From positions 1 to 29,985 of the forward strand of contig JBDHAC010000034.1 in the NCBI GenBank assembly GCA_039588275.1: a stretch of 29,985 bases of DNA, given 5' to 3'. Positions within the stretch are counted from its first letter, which is position 1. Each line of letters opens with the position of its first letter. Source of the DNA: Gemmatimonadota bacterium (GTDB lineage: Bacteria > Gemmatimonadota > Gemmatimonadetes > Palauibacterales > Palauibacteraceae). Below the pieces are notes generated by a model, which saw nothing but the letters and a program-made list of their open reading frames with translations, did no database searches and was not told the DNA's origin. Shown in pieces: positions 26,771-29,985 of the stretch. The position numbers and the translations under genes are program-made.

Positions 26771-26793
26771 GCACTGTCGTGGAACCGGAGGCG

Positions 26794-27135
26794 ATGAACG
26801 AGGCGATGGAGCAGCGCCAGGATATGATCCGCGAGGCGCGCGAGACCGCTCGGATCCGCAATCGGCTGGGGTTGCACGCCCGGCCGGCGGCGGAGTTCGT
26901 CAAGCTCGCCTCCAAGTTCGACGCGGAGATCTGGGTCGAGAAGGATGGCCTCGAGGTGAACGGCAAGAGCATCATGGGTGTCATGATGCTCGCGGCGGAG
27001 GCCGGCTCCGAAATCCTGATCCGAGCCCTCGGCGTGGACGCCGAGGACGCCGTGAGATCACTCGCCACCCTTGTGCATAATGGTTTCGACGAAGAGTTGG
27101 CCGCCGGGCTCGAGCCGCTTGAGGGCTCCGCGTGA
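26794..27135 (+). CDS. ptsH: Phosphocarrier protein HPr
   Basis: NRLGLHARPAA (His15 equivalent) and NGKSIMGVM (Ser46 equivalent). Start is ATG 26794 (SD GGAGG), 26806 or 26824. Confidence 0.95.
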   Translation: MNEAMEQRQDMIREARETARIRNRLGLHARPAAEFVKLASKFDAEIWVEKDGLEVNGKSIMGVMMLAAEAGSEILIRALGVDAEDAVRSLATLVHNGFDEELAAGLEPLEGSA

Positions 27136-27148
27136 CGTCGGAGGGTTC

Positions 27149-28906
27149 ATGACTCACGCGAGCCGGCGCCTACTGGGCATCGGGGCGGCACCCGGAAGAG
27201 TCGTCGGTGTGGTCCGACGAGTGAGCTGGGAGCTTCCGCCCGCGGAGCATCGCACGATCTCCGCCACCGAGGTCGAGCGCGAGATCGCCCGCTTCGACGA
27301 GGCTCGGGCTTGGGCACGCGAGCGCGTGGAGGAACTGCGCGAGACGACGGCAGCCGGGCTCGGCGACATCGAGGCCAAGATCTTCGACCCTCAGATCCTG
27401 ATGTTGGACGACCCCGACCTGATCGACGGCACCGTCCAGTACATCCGCGAGAACTACCTCTCCGCCGAGCGCGCATTCGATTGGCGGCTGCTCGAGCTGC
27501 GCGCCCAGATTGTCGATGCCGGCCACCTGATGATCGTCGACCGGCTGGCTGACATTCAGGACGTCCGCTACCGCGTCCTGGCTCGCCTCCAGGGACGCGG
27601 GAGCGACCCGCTGGCCCTGCCGGACGAGGAGTCGATCCTCGTCTTCAAGGACCTGACCCCGAGTGTTGCGGTTCGGCTCGATGTCGACCTCGTCCTGGGG
27701 CTCATCACGGGGGCCGGATCCCGAACGTCGCACAGCGCCGTGCTGGCGCGCTCGATGGGGATCCCCGCGGTGGTAGGGGTCGGCTCATCCCTGACCGACC
27801 TCGAGGACGGGACGCTCGTCCTGCTGGACGGAGGATCGGGCAGCATCATCGTGAACCCTACGGAGGACGAGGTCGAGACGCACCGTCGCATGATCGATCG
27901 GTTGAGCGAATGGACACAGCGTACACCCGAGCTCGCCGGTCGCCCGCTCGAAACCGCCGATGGGACGAGGATCCGGCTGCGGGCGAATCTCGACCAACCC
28001 GACGACGTGGAGGCCGCACGTCGCGTCGGCGCGGAGGGAGTCGGGCTGTTCAGATCCGAATTCCTCGTCATCGGGCGACGCGTGATCCCCAACGAGGAGG
28101 AGCAGTACGAGGCGTACCGGCGGGTGGTGCGGGCGTTTCCGAACGACCCGGTGACCCTGCGCACGTTCGATATCGGCGGGGACAAGTTCCCGCTCTTCCT
28201 CGAAATGCCACCGGAAGAGAATCCGTATCTCGGCTGGCGTGCGATCCGGGTCTGTCTCGATCTCCCCGACCTGTTTCGCAATCAGTTGCGCGCCGCGGCC
28301 CGCGCCCGGGCGGATGGCGAGCTTCGGATCCTCCTCCCGTTCGTGACGAACGTGGACGAGATCCGGCAGACGCGGGACATCCTGGAAGACGTCATAGACG
28401 GGTTGCCGGACTCGGAGCCGGTTCGACGGATCCGGCTGGGCGTCATGGTCGAGACACCGGCTATCGTTGAAACGATCGATCTGATCTCGGGGCTGATCGA
28501 CTTCGTATCGCTCGGGACCAACGACCTGACCCAATACGCGCTCGCCGTCGATCGCGGTAACGCGCGCTTGGCTCACCTGGCCGATCCGCTCCACCCGGCG
28601 ATGATCCGCTTCTATGCGCGCGTGCAAGACGAGGCGTCGAGCTTTGGCCTGGACATCGACGTGTGTGGTGACCTCGCTGCAGATCCGATCGGCCTCGCAT
28701 TACTTCTGGGCCTGGGCTACCGGGACTTCAGCCTCTCGGTGTCTTCGATTCCGGAGGCCCGCGAGGTGGTCCGGTCCGTATCGTGCGAGGAACTGGAGGA
28801 GATTTGCAGGCCCCTCGACGCGGAAGCGGTCGCGGGGCTCAAATACCGGCTCGCGGAGTACGTGGCCGAGACCGTGCCGTTTGACACCGCCCCCGCGGCC
28901 TCCTGA
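27149..28906 (+). CDS. ptsI: PEP-protein phosphotransferase (PTS enzyme I)
   Basis: TSHSAVLAR (phospho-His), GVGLFRSEF, RTFDIGGDK, ENPYLGWRAIR, GVMVETP, GTNDLTQY and VCGD motifs. SD GGAGGG precedes ATG 27149. Confidence 0.96.
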   Translation: MTHASRRLLGIGAAPGRVVGVVRRVSWELPPAEHRTISATEVEREIARFDEARAWARERVEELRETTAAGLGDIEAKIFDPQILMLDDPDLIDGTVQYIRENYLSAERAFDWRLLELRAQIVDAGHLMIVDRLADIQDVRYRVLARLQGRGSDPLALPDEESILVFKDLTPSVAVRLDVDLVLGLITGAGSRTSHSAVLARSMGIPAVVGVGSSLTDLEDGTLVLLDGGSGSIIVNPTEDEVETHRRMIDRLSEWTQRTPELAGRPLETADGTRIRLRANLDQPDDVEAARRVGAEGVGLFRSEFLVIGRRVIPNEEEQYEAYRRVVRAFPNDPVTLRTFDIGGDKFPLFLEMPPEENPYLGWRAIRVCLDLPDLFRNQLRAAARARADGELRILLPFVTNVDEIRQTRDILEDVIDGLPDSEPVRRIRLGVMVETPAIVETIDLISGLIDFVSLGTNDLTQYALAVDRGNARLAHLADPLHPAMIRFYARVQDEASSFGLDIDVCGDLAADPIGLALLLGLGYRDFSLSVSSIPEAREVVRSVSCEELEEICRPLDAEAVAGLKYRLAEYVAETVPFDTAPAAS

Positions 28907-28943
28907 GCCCGGCGTGACCGGGTCGTCAGTGAAGCGCGGGCGG

Positions 28944-28972
28944 TTGCCGCAGAAGCGAGGCGGAATCAGTAT
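28944..28972 (+). promoter_or_regulatory. Possible sigma70-like promoter for metK
   Basis: TTGCCG (28944-28949), 17 nt spacer, CAGTAT (28967-28972). The -10 match is weak. Confidence 0.3.
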
Positions 28973-29028
28973 TCGCGCCCCCCATGGGGGACTCGAGAGA
29001 ACGAGTGGTAGACGAACGAGGCGATCCC

Positions 29029-29985
29029 TTGCTTGATGGAAGACAGCGATTCACATCGGAATCCGTGACCGAGGGGCACCCTGACAAGATCTCCGATCAG
29101 ATTTCGGATGGGGTGCTCGATGCGGTGCTGGCGGAGGATCCGGAAGCACGCGTCGCGTGCGAGACGCTGGTCACTACCGGCCTCGTGCTGGTAGCCGGCG
29201 AAATCACGACCCGGGCGAGTCTGCACTTTCCCGACATCGCACGCGGTATCGCTCGCGACATCGGGTACACCGACGCGGATTATGGACTCGATTGGGAGAA
29301 GTGCGCGGTCCTCATCGCGCTCGATCGACAGTCAGAGGACATCAAACGGGGCGTCGATACGGGTGGAGCGGGCGACCAGGGGATGATGTTCGGTTATGCA
29401 ACCGACGAAACCGAAGCGCTCATGCCCCTTCCGATCACGCTCGCGCACGCGCTAACGCGCCGGCTGTCGGAGCTCCGCCACAGCGGGGAGATTCCGTGGC
29501 TGCGGCCCGACGGCAAGGCGCAGGTCACCGTCGAGTACGAGGACGGCCGTCCGGTCACGATTCCCACCGTCGTCGTGGCTGCTCAACACGCACCGGAACC
29601 CACCAATGAAGAGATCCGCTCTACGATCATCGAAAAGGTCATTCAGCCCGTGCTTCCGAGCGAGCTCTTCGATCCCGATACGATCACGTACCACATCAAT
29701 CCCACGGGCAGGTTCGTGATCGGCGGACCCCAGGGAGACTGCGGGCTCACCGGCCGAAAGATCATCGTGGATACCTACGGAGGGGTCGGCAGCCATGGAG
29801 GGGGCGCCTTCAGCGGGAAGGATCCCTCGAAGGTGGATCGCTCCGCAACCTACGCGGCTCGTTGGATCGCGAAGAACCTCGTCGCCGCGGGGCTGGCGAA
29901 CCGGGCGGCCATTCAACTGGCGTACGCGATCGGGGTCGCCGAACCTGTGAGTATCATGGTGGATACGTTCGGCACCGGCGTCGTC
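29029..29985 (+). CDS. metK: S-adenosylmethionine synthetase, 3'-truncated by the window edge
   Basis: Manual translation from TTG 29029 gives [40 protein letters not shown] and [16 protein letters not shown]. Absent from the ORF track because there is no stop in the window. Confidence 0.97.
   Translation, partial: MLDGRQRFTSESVTEGHPDKISDQISDGVLDAVLAEDPEARVACETLVTTGLVLVAGEITTRASLHFPDIARGIARDIGYTDADYGLDWEKCAVLIALDRQSEDIKRGVDTGGAGDQGMMFGYATDETEALMPLPITLAHALTRRLSELRHSGEIPWLRPDGKAQVTVEYEDGRPVTIPTVVVAAQHAPEPTNEEIRSTIIEKVIQPVLPSELFDPDTITYHINPTGRFVIGGPQGDCGLTGRKIIVDTYGGVGSHGGGAFSGKDPSKVDRSATYAARWIAKNLVAAGLANRAAIQLAYAIGVAEPVSIMVDTFGTGVV

Noticed and set aside
25897..27135. 412-aa ORF suggesting a large HPr fusion
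   Set aside because: The upstream part overlaps EIIC/EIID in another frame; HPr starts at about 26794-26824.
28890..28936. GGCGTGAC..GGT..TCAGTGAAGC upstream of metK loosely recalls the SAM/SAH riboswitch
   Set aside because: No upstream GTCAC strand to form P1, about 95 nt from the start codon, and upstream of the putative metK promoter. A simple CCCGG/CCGGG hairpin explains it. An Rfam scan would settle it.
29157..29916. Track ORFs 29157..29609 (+) and 29452..29916 (-)
   Set aside because: Alternative frames over metK.

Overview
High-GC bacterial chromosomal core-genome window. Gene content and order resemble Gemmatimonadota, which is an inference from recall, not a search. Almost everything is on the + strand. 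Left end: a partial hypothetical CDS and a minus-strand protein with a degenerate GGDEF domain that is divergent from rnz-aroA-cmk. Next is rpsA, with its own sigma70-like promoter, a structured leader containing a terminator-like hairpin, and acidic extensions including a 3x60-bp tandem repeat. Then come an LppC/LpoA-like lipoprotein and a propionyl-CoA carboxylase (beta, biotin carboxylase, BCCP) plus methylmalonyl-CoA mutase cluster. A tightly packed run follows: FmdB-family zinc ribbon, argS, PfkB kinase, purM, ribD-ribE-ribBA-ribH-nusB, a GT4 glycosyltransferase, hpf, hprK, a complete mannose-family PTS (EIIA, B, C, D), HPr and EI, ending in a partial metK. I see no mobile elements, CRISPR arrays, tRNA/rRNA genes or defence systems, and no clearly new multi-gene system. 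The best candidates for undescribed biology are the promoter-plus-terminator RNA element in the rpsA leader, the apparently catalytically dead GGDEF protein with an intact I-site, the orphan mannose-type PTS embedded in housekeeping genes, and the repeat-extended S1.
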